NCBI GenBank assembly: GCA_036166355.1
Contig: JAYZHR010000052.1
Location: 1-54,414 of the forward strand
Direction: 5' to 3'
DNA from: Verrucomicrobiota bacterium
Lineage (GTDB): Bacteria > Verrucomicrobiota > Verrucomicrobiia > Limisphaerales > UBA1096
DNA: 54,414 bases
Shown: one piece after another, positions 19,816 through 30,449 of the stretch
Layout: the number at the start of each line of letters is the position of its first letter
How positions within the stretch are numbered: position 1 is the stretch's first letter
Made by a program: the position numbers and the translations under genes
Notes under the pieces: generated by a model
What the model saw: only the letters and a program-made list of their open reading frames with translations
Database searches by the model: none
Told to the model about the DNA's origin: nothing

Positions 19816-21132
19816 ATGAAATGGTACAAACAACTCCACTGGCAAATCATTATCGGAATGATTCTTGGACTGCTTTTCGGAATATGTGCTGCGAAATTTC
19901 AATGGATCGAATTCGCCAATAATTGGATTATTCCTTTTGGTGATATTTTCATGAATCTTCTCAAATTGATTGCGGTCCCTCTTGTGCTAACATCATTGGT
20001 TGCTGGTGTAGCATCTCTATCAGATTTCAGAAAGCTGTCCCGAATGGGAGGCAAGACAATAGCCATTTATATAGCCACTACAGCAATTGCAGTTACAATT
20101 GGACTGCTAACAGTAAATTTACTTAAACCTGGCGAAAAGTTTCCAGATAAAACTAGAGATGAGCTAAAAGCCCAATACAAAACCACTGTTGAATCTAAAG
20201 AGGAAACAGCAAAGGTCGTAGACGAAAGAGGTCCACTACAACCTTTAATAGACATGGTGCCTGAGAATTTTTTCGGATCAGCCTCGAGCAACAGGAACAT
20301 GCTTCAGTTAGTTTTTGTTTCTTTACTGATCGGCATAGCACTAGTGCAAGTCGAACAAAAACAACGCAAACCCGTGCTTTCATTGTTTGAAGGGCTTCAA
20401 TCAGTAGTAATCAAGCTAGTCAACATGATCATGATGATAGCTCCAATTGGAGTTTTTGCACTTATAACCAAAACCATTACAAGTTTAACAGTAGGAGATG
20501 GCGGCCAAGCAGATCTAAGCCAAATCGGCTCAATTCTTGGCGCATTAGGGTACTACTGTGCTGCAGTCATTATCGGATTATTGCTACATGTAACGATTGT
20601 TTATATTGGCATACTAAAACTTTTCACATCAATTAAGATATCTCGCTTTTTCAAAGCTATAGGACCAGCACAACTATTGGCCTTCTCCACAAGCTCCAGT
20701 GGAGCAACTCTCCCGGTGACAATGAGACAATGTCGGGAAAAACTAGGCACATCAAAAGAAACCACTTCATTCGTTCTCCCTCTTGGAGCTACTATCAATA
20801 TGGATGGCACGGCTCTTTACCAAGCGGTCGCAGCAGTTTTTATCGCTCAAGTATATAGCATAGATCTCGGCATGGCGGCCCAAATAACAATTATCCTAAC
20901 AGCGGTGATGGCCTCAATTGGCACTGCAGCTGTTCCAGGAGCAGGAATAATAATGCTGGTCATCATTTTGGAATCAGTAAGCATTCCAAGCGAAGGAATA
21001 GCTCTAATTCTAGGAGTAGACCGAATTCTCGACATGCTACGAACCACAACAAATGTCACAGGCGATGCCACTGTCTGCGCCGTAATTGATCATTCAGAAA
21101 GCCGAATCTCGGCGAACAATGGAAACACTTAG
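19816..21132 (+). CDS. Dicarboxylate/amino acid:cation symporter (GltP/DAACS family)
   Basis: AFSTSSSGATLP, LPLGATINMDGTA, GTAAVPGAG and DRILDMLRTTTNVTGD. Confidence 0.95.
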   Translation: MKWYKQLHWQIIIGMILGLLFGICAAKFQWIEFANNWIIPFGDIFMNLLKLIAVPLVLTSLVAGVASLSDFRKLSRMGGKTIAIYIATTAIAVTIGLLTVNLLKPGEKFPDKTRDELKAQYKTTVESKEETAKVVDERGPLQPLIDMVPENFFGSASSNRNMLQLVFVSLLIGIALVQVEQKQRKPVLSLFEGLQSVVIKLVNMIMMIAPIGVFALITKTITSLTVGDGGQADLSQIGSILGALGYYCAAVIIGLLLHVTIVYIGILKLFTSIKISRFFKAIGPAQLLAFSTSSSGATLPVTMRQCREKLGTSKETTSFVLPLGATINMDGTALYQAVAAVFIAQVYSIDLGMAAQITIILTAVMASIGTAAVPGAGIIMLVIILESVSIPSEGIALILGVDRILDMLRTTTNVTGDATVCAVIDHSESRISANNGNT

Positions 21133-21156
21133 AGTTCAGCCCTGCATGGTTTGATC

Positions 21157-21185
21157 TTGCGACGCATATATACAACACGTAGATT
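21157..21185 (+). promoter_or_regulatory. Sigma70-like promoter, probable leaderless nuoA transcript
   Basis: TTGCGA (21157-21162)-N17-TAGATT (21180-21185), then 6 nt to ATG 21192. Confidence 0.55.
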
Positions 21186-21191
21186 CCGGAA

Positions 21192-21629
21192 ATGAACTTA
21201 GCTGTAGTAAGCAACGATCCTCAGATGTATCAATATCTGGGAGTTCTATTTCTTGCTTTAATTGCAGGGCTATTTGCTGTTGGCACTATGTTCGCCACAA
21301 AATTTGCAGGCTGGTTTTTTAATACCCGACGCGCAAAAGCAATTGGACGGCATACTAAAACAAAAGACACTCCATATGAATGCGGAATGAAAGCCATCGG
21401 CGATGGAAGCTCCAGGATGTCCGTAAAATTTTATCTAATTGCAATGCTATTCATACTTTTTGATATAGAGGTTGTATTTCTTTATCCTTGGGCTGTTGTT
21501 TTCAAAGACATGCTAAGCGAACCATCCACAGCAAACCTTATTTTCAGCACAATGATTTCATTCCTTGGTATTCTTTTTATAGGTTATATCTATGCCATAA
21601 AAAAGAATGCTTTCGATTGGAAAAGTTAG
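21192..21629 (+). CDS. nuoA: NADH-quinone oxidoreductase subunit A
   Basis: PYECG, FYLIAMLFILFDIEVVFLYPWA and C-terminal AFDW. Three TM helices. Confidence 0.95.
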   Translation: MNLAVVSNDPQMYQYLGVLFLALIAGLFAVGTMFATKFAGWFFNTRRAKAIGRHTKTKDTPYECGMKAIGDGSSRMSVKFYLIAMLFILFDIEVVFLYPWAVVFKDMLSEPSTANLIFSTMISFLGILFIGYIYAIKKNAFDWKS

Positions 21630-21678
21630 CCTTTCGCGCCCACCTCATCTAAGTTTACCTGACCAGTTCTTCATCAGC

Positions 21679-23118
21679 TTGAATTCTCCAATCAAATTCG
21701 GAACGTCAGGATGGCGAGGTTTAATTGCCCAAGACTTCACGTTCGATAATTTGCGCTTAGCAGCACAAGGATTAGCTCTGACACTTAAAACTGAACTAAA
21801 GCGTAAAAACTCCGATATATATAACAAACGCCCACTGGTTATTGTCGGCTATGACACACGTTTTCTCGGAAAAGAATTCGCAATCGCTACTGCTGAAATA
21901 CTTGAGAAATCTGGGTTAGAACCACTTTTAACCAACCGAAGCACGCCGACACCTGTTATCGCATTTAGTATAAGGCAAAAAAAAGCTATTGGAGGCGTCA
22001 ATATTACGGCTAGCCATAATCCATTTACTTACTCAGGATTTAAGTTCTCAATGTCTAATGGCGCCGGAGCTCCCCTTGAGTTCACTCGTAAAATTGAAGC
22101 TAACACTAAAAAACTAATCGCTAAAAAATGGCAGCCCCGAACCAGTGTAATAGGAACTTATAATTGCAAGAACTTCAATCCCATGCCGGCTTATTTAAAT
22201 CGCATTAGAAAATTGATTGATATGAAATCAATCAGTAACGCCAAACTCAGAATTGCGATTGAATTCATGCATGGAACCGGACATGGATATCTTGATAAAA
22301 TACTTGAAGAAGCTGGGGTGAAAATTACCTGTTTCCATAAAAAAATAAACCCACTTTTCGGAGGCGGCTCACCCGAACCCAACGAAGTAGGCATGGCCAA
22401 AGCTGCAAATTTTGTTCGACAAGGAAAGGCAGATTTGGCCCTTGGCCTTGATGGTGATGCAGACCGATTTGGCGTTGTAGACAAAAATGGGAATTGGCTC
22501 ACGCCAAATCAAGTCTTAACTCTCACACTATATCATCTGAAAAAAAACCGAAGACTAAATGGAGCAGCAGTGCGGACTGTACCCACCAGCCACCAAGTTG
22601 ATGCAGTTGCTAATCTATTAAATGTACCAGTTCACGAAACACCGGTTGGTTTCAAGCATATTGGCGCACTTATGGAAAGTGAGCCGATTATTGTTGGCGG
22701 CGAAGAGTCTGGAGGGCTAAGCATCGGCAATCATATTCCCGAAAAAGACGGAGTACTGGCCTGCCTTTTAATGGCTGAACTTGTTGCAACTGAAGGCAAA
22801 TCGCTTGGAAAAATCCTTAAAGCCATTGAAAAACAAACAGGACCATTTTACACAGATCGAATCAATATTGACGTACCTAATGAAAAAAAATCTGCGATTC
22901 TTAAAAAACTACAAAATGGATTTAAGAACATAGGCAACTTCCCTGTCCAAAAGTTTATCAGAACAGACGGCTATAAATTCCTTCTCCCTAACGACGAGTG
23001 GATTTGCTTCCGAGCCAGCGGCACAGAGCCAGTAATACGCTGCTATCTAGAGGCAAAAAGCATGCCTAATTTAAGGCATCTAAAATCGGCTAGCCAAAAA
23101 TTATTAATAATCAAATAA
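21679..23118 (+). CDS. Phosphoglucomutase/phosphomannomutase family protein
   Basis: IKFGTSGWRG, ITASHNP, DGDADR, GGEESGG and FRASGTEP. The start is uncertain: TTG 21679 chosen, while the ORF track uses 21607. Confidence 0.92.
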   Translation: MNSPIKFGTSGWRGLIAQDFTFDNLRLAAQGLALTLKTELKRKNSDIYNKRPLVIVGYDTRFLGKEFAIATAEILEKSGLEPLLTNRSTPTPVIAFSIRQKKAIGGVNITASHNPFTYSGFKFSMSNGAGAPLEFTRKIEANTKKLIAKKWQPRTSVIGTYNCKNFNPMPAYLNRIRKLIDMKSISNAKLRIAIEFMHGTGHGYLDKILEEAGVKITCFHKKINPLFGGGSPEPNEVGMAKAANFVRQGKADLALGLDGDADRFGVVDKNGNWLTPNQVLTLTLYHLKKNRRLNGAAVRTVPTSHQVDAVANLLNVPVHETPVGFKHIGALMESEPIIVGGEESGGLSIGNHIPEKDGVLACLLMAELVATEGKSLGKILKAIEKQTGPFYTDRINIDVPNEKKSAILKKLQNGFKNIGNFPVQKFIRTDGYKFLLPNDEWICFRASGTEPVIRCYLEAKSMPNLRHLKSASQKLLIIK

Positions 23119-23121
23119 ACT

Positions 23122-24828
23122 ATGATTTCCTCAATTGAATCAACTGCTATTTCAAAAATACTTGATTCAGTTTCAGAATGGCTAGCTTCAGCATCTAATT
23201 GGCTTTGGGGGTTTCCACTGCTATACCTTCTGATTGGAGGCGGAATTTTCTTCACGATATATTCTCGATTTATCCCCTTTCTATACTTGCGACACAGTAT
23301 TCAGATTTTGCGTGGCAAGTTTAACAACCCTGATGACCCAGGGGAAATTAATCACTTCCAAGCATTATGCAGCGCACTCTCTGGAACAGTTGGAATGGGA
23401 AATATTACAGGAGTTGCTGTTGCAGTTGTCCAAGGAGGCCCTGGGGCGCTATTTTGGATGTGGATCTGCGCACTCCTAGGCATGGCAACTAAATTTTTCA
23501 CTTGCAGCTTAGCAGTAATGTACCGTGGAAAGGATCAAGCCGGACAAGTACAAGGTGGCCCAATGTACTTCATCACCGAAGGACTCGGCGTCAAATGGAA
23601 GCCATTAGCAATGGCATTTTGCTTTTTTGGCTTATTCGGTTGCCTACCAATGTTTCAATCTAATCAACTCACTGCTATTGTTAGCGAAATGTTCTTTAAG
23701 CCAAACTCCTGGTTTATTGACTCGAGTAAAAATGTGACACTAACGGGGCAAGGGCTCTTCGGCTTACTTTTGGCAATTTTTGTTGGAGTTGTGATACTTG
23801 GCGGAATTAAACGCATAGGTAAAGTCGCAGCATCACTCATACCGTTTATGGTTATACTTTACGGAAGTTGCGCACTTCTAATAATTGCGATAAACGCAAG
23901 TCAAATACCCGAGGCTTTCCATCTTATATTAACAGATGCTTTCACCGGACAGGCAGTAACCGGAGGCATAATAGGCGCTGTTATCTCAACTGGCGTTCGC
24001 CGTGCAGCATTCTCAAACGAGGCGGGAATGGGAACCGAAGCCATGGCTCATGGAGCAGCAAAAACAAAGGAACCAATACGAGAAGGGCTTGTAGCCATGC
24101 TCGGCCCAATGATTGACACACTGATTGTTTGTACCATTACAGGGCTAGTGATCATCAATACAGGAGTCTGGGAGAAAGGGGTAACAATTGATCGGATATC
24201 TAAGCTAAAGGGTTCAATCGAACAGTACGCAAATGACAAAAACATTTCTCCAGTAATTACAACTGATCTCATTGAATCAATAATTACAAACAAGGAGTTT
24301 AATAAACAAAAATTTTATATTCGCCCAATGAACAAGATGGACGCTTGGGGGAAACGAATTGAACTTAAAAATGGAATTAATAGCAGCAATGATAGGTTCA
24401 TTCTTATTTCGAGCGGACCAGATAAAGTTCTAAACACATCGGATGATCTTACTAGTGAAGTCAGCCCCAATTCCTACTCAGGTGTTATGCTTACCGAAAA
24501 AGCTTATAGAGCAATTTCCCCAAGTCTTGGGCCATACTTATTACTGATATGTGTACTCTGCTTCAGTTTCTCATCAATGATTGGGTTTTCCTATTATGTT
24601 ACGAAATGCGGCATGTTTCTCTTCGGCATTAAAGCTAGAATCCCTCTAATTCTCTTCTATTTAGCAGGTATCGTTATCTCGGCAATTGTCGACTTAGAGC
24701 ACTTGATCTACTTTCTGGATATCATGTTTGGGCTTATGGCAGTACCAACCATACTTTCCACTATCATCCTTTCACCTCGAGTAATGGAAAGGGCTCGAGA
24801 ATATTTCCACACACTCAAAGGAGTGTAA
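23122..24828 (+). CDS. Alanine/glycine:cation symporter (AGCS/AlsT family) with an inserted GspG-like domain
   Basis: FQALCSALSGTVGMGNITGVA, GGPGALFWMW, GGPMY, GGIKRI, FSNEAGMG and DTLIVCTITG, plus an insert of about 90 aa at 24178-24450. Confidence 0.93.
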   Translation: MISSIESTAISKILDSVSEWLASASNWLWGFPLLYLLIGGGIFFTIYSRFIPFLYLRHSIQILRGKFNNPDDPGEINHFQALCSALSGTVGMGNITGVAVAVVQGGPGALFWMWICALLGMATKFFTCSLAVMYRGKDQAGQVQGGPMYFITEGLGVKWKPLAMAFCFFGLFGCLPMFQSNQLTAIVSEMFFKPNSWFIDSSKNVTLTGQGLFGLLLAIFVGVVILGGIKRIGKVAASLIPFMVILYGSCALLIIAINASQIPEAFHLILTDAFTGQAVTGGIIGAVISTGVRRAAFSNEAGMGTEAMAHGAAKTKEPIREGLVAMLGPMIDTLIVCTITGLVIINTGVWEKGVTIDRISKLKGSIEQYANDKNISPVITTDLIESIITNKEFNKQKFYIRPMNKMDAWGKRIELKNGINSSNDRFILISSGPDKVLNTSDDLTSEVSPNSYSGVMLTEKAYRAISPSLGPYLLLICVLCFSFSSMIGFSYYVTKCGMFLFGIKARIPLILFYLAGIVISAIVDLEHLIYFLDIMFGLMAVPTILSTIILSPRVMERAREYFHTLKGV

Positions 24829-24834
24829 TAGCAT

Positions 24835-24863
24835 TTGAAATACGGCTCCCAGAGCAGTAAGTT
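24835..24863 (+). promoter_or_regulatory. Sigma70-like promoter
   Basis: TTGAAA (24835-24840)-N17-TAAGTT (24858-24863) upstream of ATG 24875. Confidence 0.45.
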
Positions 24864-24874
24864 GCTTGCGACTT

Positions 24875-25429
24875 ATGGATGCTAATACTGTTTCAACTGG
24901 AATACCTTGGTACGCCTGGGCACTTATGACTGTGATATGCTGGGGCACATATGGCGTATGCATGCACACTGGCTCAATCAAAATGGCTGACCAAGAACAT
25001 GGGCGGATAATGGCATTTCTCTGGGTTGGGATAGCTTATTTTCTTACCGCAGTCATTGCACCAATTATCATCCTTAAAGTTAAAGGTGGTCCAATCGATT
25101 TTTGGGCATACCCCACGAAGGGATGGCAATGGTCCCTTATCGCCGGAACACTTGGTGCAATAGGTGCATTAGGAGTATTACTGGCTTTTGGAGCCGCACC
25201 AAACCCGACGGCTCTCTACGTACCTGTGGTTATGTCCATAATATTTGCAGGCGCTCCGATTGTGAACGCCATTGTAAACACAACCAAAACAAATGCATGG
25301 AATAACGTATCAGGTTTATTTATTTTAGGAATCTTACTGGCTGCATGTGGAGGTTACCTTGTCACCAAATACGCTCCTAAACCATCCAGCCCACCAACAG
25401 CCACCTCGGCCGTAACCGAAAATAAATAA
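24875..25429 (+). CDS. Small 5-TM membrane protein (DMT/EamA-like, uncharacterised)
   Basis: CWGTYG, AGTLGAIGALG, VMSIIFAGAPIVNA and five hydrophobic helices. Start set to ATG 24875. Confidence 0.7.
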   Translation: MDANTVSTGIPWYAWALMTVICWGTYGVCMHTGSIKMADQEHGRIMAFLWVGIAYFLTAVIAPIIILKVKGGPIDFWAYPTKGWQWSLIAGTLGAIGALGVLLAFGAAPNPTALYVPVVMSIIFAGAPIVNAIVNTTKTNAWNNVSGLFILGILLAACGGYLVTKYAPKPSSPPTATSAVTENK

Positions 25430-25436
25430 ATTAAAA

Positions 25437-26720
25437 ATGCCTAATATTTCCGCTGAAAGTCGCAAAGAGCTCGAGCGTATCCAGTTAGCGGAATTAAAAG
25501 AATTACTTTCTACAATTAGGCCAAATAATAGTTTTTACGAAAAAAAACTTAACAAAACGAATATTGATAAAAATATTCAATCAATAGATAAATTTAAGAA
25601 AAAGTGCCCTCTAACAACAAAAAAAGAGTTAGTCCTAGACCATGAGTCTAATCCACCCTTTAGCAATAATCTTACTTTCTCAATAGATAAATATACTCGC
25701 ACTCATAAAACAAGTGGAACAAGTGGTCAACCCATGGTGTGGCTTGACACAGCTGAAAGCTGGGAATGGATGGTGGATAATTGGTGTGATATTTTCAATG
25801 CATCAGGAGTTACCTCAGATGACCGTATTTTTTATGCTTTTTCTTTTGGCCCATTCATTGGCTTTTGGCTTGCATTTGAAGCAGGAAAAAAACTTAAAGC
25901 CCTGAATATTCCAGGAGGAGGCCTTAGTAGTAGCGCTAGACTTCAGTCCATTTTTACACACCAAGCGAATGTGCTTTGCTGCACCCCGACATATGCCCTA
26001 AGGCTAGCTGAAGTAGCTAAAGAAGAAGGGATAAATTTAAACCATTCTCCAGTTCGTTCAATAATAGTTGCGGGCGAACCAGGCGGCAGCATCACATCAA
26101 CACGAAAAAGAATTGAGGAGGCATGGCCAAAGTCTTCTGTGTTTGATCATCACGGAATGACAGAGGTGGGGCCAGTAACATATCAATGCCCAAACAACCC
26201 CGGATTACTCCATGTTTTGGAGAATGCATATCTACCTGAAATTATTGACCCAAAAACAGATAAACCGATAGATGGCAACAAGACGGGAGAGCTTGTACTA
26301 ACCACACTAGGACGACACGGATCCCCCCTCCTGCGCTATCGAACAGGAGACCTTGTCAAAAAAACTAAAAACAATCACTGCAGTTGTGGTACTTTTAACC
26401 TTGGTCTTGATGGTGGTATTCTTGGTCGCGCTGATGATATGATGGTTGTCCGCGGGGTAAATGTATATCCAAGTGCAGTAGAAGAAATTATTCGAAGAAT
26501 AGGCGGGGTAAGTGAGTACCAAGTAAACGTTATTCAAGATAATGCACTTGCAGAAATATCCATTGATATAGAACCCGAAAATGATGAAGATCAAGATATA
26601 GCTGAGAAATTATCTATAGCCTTTAAAGAAAATCTTTCCCTTCGTATTCCGATCCAAATAGCCAAGCCTAGCTCACTCCCCAGATTCGAGCTCAAAGCAA
26701 AACGCTGGATCAAGAAATAA
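25437..26720 (+). CDS. Phenylacetate-CoA ligase family protein (PaaK-like)
   Basis: TSGTSG, CTPTYA, AGEPG, HGMTEVG, PLLRYRTGD and GRADDMMVVRGVNVYPS. Confidence 0.9.
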   Translation: MPNISAESRKELERIQLAELKELLSTIRPNNSFYEKKLNKTNIDKNIQSIDKFKKKCPLTTKKELVLDHESNPPFSNNLTFSIDKYTRTHKTSGTSGQPMVWLDTAESWEWMVDNWCDIFNASGVTSDDRIFYAFSFGPFIGFWLAFEAGKKLKALNIPGGGLSSSARLQSIFTHQANVLCCTPTYALRLAEVAKEEGINLNHSPVRSIIVAGEPGGSITSTRKRIEEAWPKSSVFDHHGMTEVGPVTYQCPNNPGLLHVLENAYLPEIIDPKTDKPIDGNKTGELVLTTLGRHGSPLLRYRTGDLVKKTKNNHCSCGTFNLGLDGGILGRADDMMVVRGVNVYPSAVEEIIRRIGGVSEYQVNVIQDNALAEISIDIEPENDEDQDIAEKLSIAFKENLSLRIPIQIAKPSSLPRFELKAKRWIKK

Positions 26721-26735
26721 TTCTTAACCACCCAA

Positions 26736-29700
26736 TTATTCACCTGTATTCTCTTTTTTTCTCCATCGAGGTTTACTCGGCTCCGGCAAGGAATTGTCCA
26801 CTTTAGCATAATAGCTGCCCATATCACCAAGTAACTCATTAATTTCGTCACGAAGCTTTATAGAAGGTTTTACATAATGCTGCTCTCCTGACTCTATAAA
26901 CACTAATCTTCCGTCTTGCTGTTTAAAACAAAGATATAACGGACAGCGCCCAGGATGACTTGATGCAACCCCTAATATATCCTCCATTTGTTCCGGCTCA
27001 ACTTTCGCACTGTTAAAGCGAAAATGAATCTGCTTGGTATATTTCACGGGAGCATCTTCTAGCGCCGCCACTTCTTGAGGGAATATTTTCGGGGTATCTT
27101 CAGTATTGTTTACCTCTCCAATTACTAAGACAGTTTTATAGGGTTCCAACAAACTTTGATATTTATCATAGTTTTCGTTCATACATAACACTTGAAAGGA
27201 ACCTAACAAATCCTCAATGGTTGCAATAGCATAAGGTTTATTACTCCTCCGAGAAACACCTCGCTGAACAGCAGAAATCAGCCCCCCTAACCGCGAGACT
27301 TTCCGATTATCAAGACCCTTTACCGTCTCACTGTTATGCACACAATATTGTTCTAAAATATCCTTATATGGATCAAGAGGATGCCCACTAACATAAAATC
27401 CTAGCAATTCTTTTTCTGAGAAAAGTAAATCATCTCGACCCCACTCCACCGTATCCGGCACGACATCACGCATTGAGTTGCTACTCTCTTCAAATGCACC
27501 AAATAAAGATGTTTGCCCAGCAGCACGATCCTTAGCTTGACTAGACGCCTTTGCCAAAGCTCTATCAATAACAGAAAACTGGCCAGCTCGACTTCCATGT
27601 AATTCATCACAAGCCCCACTTTTAATTAAAGCTTCTAGCACTTTACGGTTTACTGTCCGCGTATCACAGCGATCACATAAATCAAATAAATCCTTAAAAT
27701 GATCGCCATTAGTTCTCGCCTTAATTATCTCCTCAACCGCAACACTTCCAACACCTTTAATAGCAGCCATTCCAAAACGAATTACAGTCCCGTCCCGAGC
27801 TGGAGCAAAAAAAACATGACTTTCATTGACATCAGGTGGAAGCACCTCAACTCCCAGTAGTTTAGCCTCATCCGTTAATACTCCTAATTTTGATGTATCA
27901 GCCATGTCATTAGTCATATTAGCTGCCAAGAATTCCACCGGATAATGAGATTTTAAGTATGCTGTCTGATACGCTACAACAGCATAAGCCGCTGCATGAG
28001 ATTTATTAAAGCCGTAACCCGCAAACTTCTCTAATAGATCAAAAATTTCCTTAGCTTTTTTTTCTGGTATATCGTTGGCATCAGCACAACCCTTAACAAA
28101 CAATGAACGCTGTTCCTGCATAACATCAACCTTCTTCTTACCCATAGCACGCCTGAGCAGATCCGCTCCTCCCAGCGTAAAACCAGCAAGGACTTGAGCT
28201 GCTTTCATTACCTGTTCCTGATATATTAAAATACCGTATGTTTCCTTGGCAATCGGTTCAAGTAAGGGGTGTGGATATTTGATTTCCACTTCCCCATGGC
28301 GACGCCGAATAAAATCTGGTATCAAATCCATTGGTCCCGGCCTATATAAGGAGACCAAAGCAGTTATATGCTCAATCGAATTCAGCTTGAATTTACGGCA
28401 TAAATCTCGCATGCCAGCTGACTCCAACTGAAAAACCCCAACAGTATGACCATTATTCAACAACTCATACGCCTTTTCATCACCCATAGGCAACCGATCA
28501 ACATCAATATCCACACCATGGACCTCCTTGATCATCTCGCATGTATTTCGAATTACAGTCAGAGTCTTCAATCCAAGAAAATCCATTTTAAGCAGACCTA
28601 GATCCTCGACAGGTCCCATCGGATATTGTGTGGTAATCGTGCCATCCTCATCTTTTTTCAGAGGTAGAATATTAACAAGTGGCTCCGCCCCAATCACAAC
28701 ACCGGCAGCATGAACAGATGTGTTCCTACTCAAATCTTCAAGGATAAATGCTGTATCAATTAACTCTCTGGTCACTTCTTCGCTATCATATGCCTCTTTA
28801 AGATCAGAGGATTTCTCAAGGGCTTTCTCAAGTGTGATTTTAAGTTCTACTGGCACCATTTTTGCCAAACGATCAACTTCACCAAATGTCAATCCCATCA
28901 CCCTTCCCACATCGCGAATAACAGACTTCGCCCCCATAGTTCCAAAGGTAATAATTTGAGCCACAGAGTCATCTCCATATTTCTCGCGAACGTATTCAAT
29001 TACGTCCTCGCGTCTATCATCAGCAAAGTCTATATCAATATCCGGAGGGCTTACTCGCTCAGGATTAAGAAAACGCTCAAAAATTAATCCATATTTTAAT
29101 GGGTCAACGTTGGATATTTCCAACAAATATGCAACCAATGAACCAGCAGCAGAACCACGAGCAACACAAGCAATTCCCTGGTCCCTACCATAACGAACAA
29201 AGTCACCAACAATTAGAAAGTAACTAATATAGTCCATTTGGCTCATTATACCTAATTCATACTCAATTCTATCAATCATCTCCTGAACAGCATCACTAAC
29301 GGGCTTATCATCCAACCCTAATTCACCTTTTGATTGATCATTAGAAATATTAACATTCGGTATTAATTCAACATCCCGAAGAGATTGAATAATAAATTTA
29401 GACCCTCCTTCTAAAGTAGCTTGAATACCGTATCGAGTTTTCAACCCATCAACAAGAAACCTCCTTAGATACCCCTCAGCAGTATAACCGGATGGAGGAG
29501 TAAATACCGGGTAATTTAACTTTCCAAACTCAATATCTAAATCGCATTTTTCTGCTATAGCTAAGGTATTACTGACTGCTTCTGGCACTTCCGAGAATAA
29601 AGCTGACATTTCTTCAGCTGAACGCAAATAGAACTGCTCCTGTACATACCTCATTCGATTGGCATCACTTAAAAGAGCCTGAGTACCTATACAAATCAAT

Positions 29701-30371
29701 GAATCGTGAGCATGTGAATGACCTTTCTCGATATAATGCACGTCATTAGTCGCAACAAGATTCAACCCCATATCCTTCGACCACGGTATAAGTTGCCTGT
29801 TAACATTTACCTGTTCAGAAATACCGTGATTATGTAATTCTAAATAATAATTTTCCGGACCAAATACTTGCTTAAACCAGTCTATCTGATCTTTAGCCTT
29901 AGAAAATTCTTCAGCCATTATCAATCGAGGAATCTCGCTAGCTAAACAACCACTTAAGCAAATCAAGCCATCCTTGTGCATTTCAAGAAGCTCCTTATCA
30001 ATACGAGGCTTGTAGTAATAACCTTCCATTTGCGCCAGAGTTACCAAACGAACAAGATTCCTGTAACCAATCTCATTTTTCACCAACAAGACTAAATGAT
30101 AATATGCATCTTTACCCCTAGACCCTGTCTTACGCTCCGTACGATGACCCGGAGCAACATAAACCTCACAACCTATGATTGGTTTAATATTTTTTGACTT
30201 TGCAGTTCGATAGAAATCAATTGCCCCGTACATTACTCCATGATCAGTAATGGCCAATGACTTAAAATCAAGTTCGCTCGCCTTGTTGATTAGGCGATCA
30301 ATATGGCATGCCCCGTCGAGCATCGAATACTCGGTATGACAATGCAAATGAACGAACTCAGCCTTCGACAT
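26736..30371 (-). CDS. dnaE: DNA polymerase III alpha subunit
   Basis: PHP motifs ([26 protein letters not shown]), [29 protein letters not shown] and an OB fold. Start set to ATG 30371. Confidence 0.98.
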   Translation of the reverse strand: MSKAEFVHLHCHTEYSMLDGACHIDRLINKASELDFKSLAITDHGVMYGAIDFYRTAKSKNIKPIIGCEVYVAPGHRTERKTGSRGKDAYYHLVLLVKNEIGYRNLVRLVTLAQMEGYYYKPRIDKELLEMHKDGLICLSGCLASEIPRLIMAEEFSKAKDQIDWFKQVFGPENYYLELHNHGISEQVNVNRQLIPWSKDMGLNLVATNDVHYIEKGHSHAHDSLICIGTQALLSDANRMRYVQEQFYLRSAEEMSALFSEVPEAVSNTLAIAEKCDLDIEFGKLNYPVFTPPSGYTAEGYLRRFLVDGLKTRYGIQATLEGGSKFIIQSLRDVELIPNVNISNDQSKGELGLDDKPVSDAVQEMIDRIEYELGIMSQMDYISYFLIVGDFVRYGRDQGIACVARGSAAGSLVAYLLEISNVDPLKYGLIFERFLNPERVSPPDIDIDFADDRREDVIEYVREKYGDDSVAQIITFGTMGAKSVIRDVGRVMGLTFGEVDRLAKMVPVELKITLEKALEKSSDLKEAYDSEEVTRELIDTAFILEDLSRNTSVHAAGVVIGAEPLVNILPLKKDEDGTITTQYPMGPVEDLGLLKMDFLGLKTLTVIRNTCEMIKEVHGVDIDVDRLPMGDEKAYELLNNGHTVGVFQLESAGMRDLCRKFKLNSIEHITALVSLYRPGPMDLIPDFIRRRHGEVEIKYPHPLLEPIAKETYGILIYQEQVMKAAQVLAGFTLGGADLLRRAMGKKKVDVMQEQRSLFVKGCADANDIPEKKAKEIFDLLEKFAGYGFNKSHAAAYAVVAYQTAYLKSHYPVEFLAANMTNDMADTSKLGVLTDEAKLLGVEVLPPDVNESHVFFAPARDGTVIRFGMAAIKGVGSVAVEEIIKARTNGDHFKDLFDLCDRCDTRTVNRKVLEALIKSGACDELHGSRAGQFSVIDRALAKASSQAKDRAAGQTSLFGAFEESSNSMRDVVPDTVEWGRDDLLFSEKELLGFYVSGHPLDPYKDILEQYCVHNSETVKGLDNRKVSRLGGLISAVQRGVSRRSNKPYAIATIEDLLGSFQVLCMNENYDKYQSLLEPYKTVLVIGEVNNTEDTPKIFPQEVAALEDAPVKYTKQIHFRFNSAKVEPEQMEDILGVASSHPGRCPLYLCFKQQDGRLVFIESGEQHYVKPSIKLRDEINELLGDMGSYYAKVDNSLPEPSKPRWRKKENTGE

Positions 30372-30377
30372 AGGCAC

Positions 30378-30407
30378 AATTTAACTGCAAGAGATCATCG
30401 CCAGCAA
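30378..30407 (-). promoter_or_regulatory. Sigma70-like promoter, probable leaderless dnaE transcript
   Basis: Minus strand TTGCTG-N18-TAAATT, then 6 nt to ATG 30371. Confidence 0.45.
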
Positions 30408-30449
30408 GATACACATTATTTTTATTAAACAATTCCAAGAAAAAGAATT

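Noticed and set aside
29290-29425. Possible intein in DnaE
   Set aside because: It is too short and lacks the N-terminal Cys/Ser and C-terminal His-Asn splice motifs.
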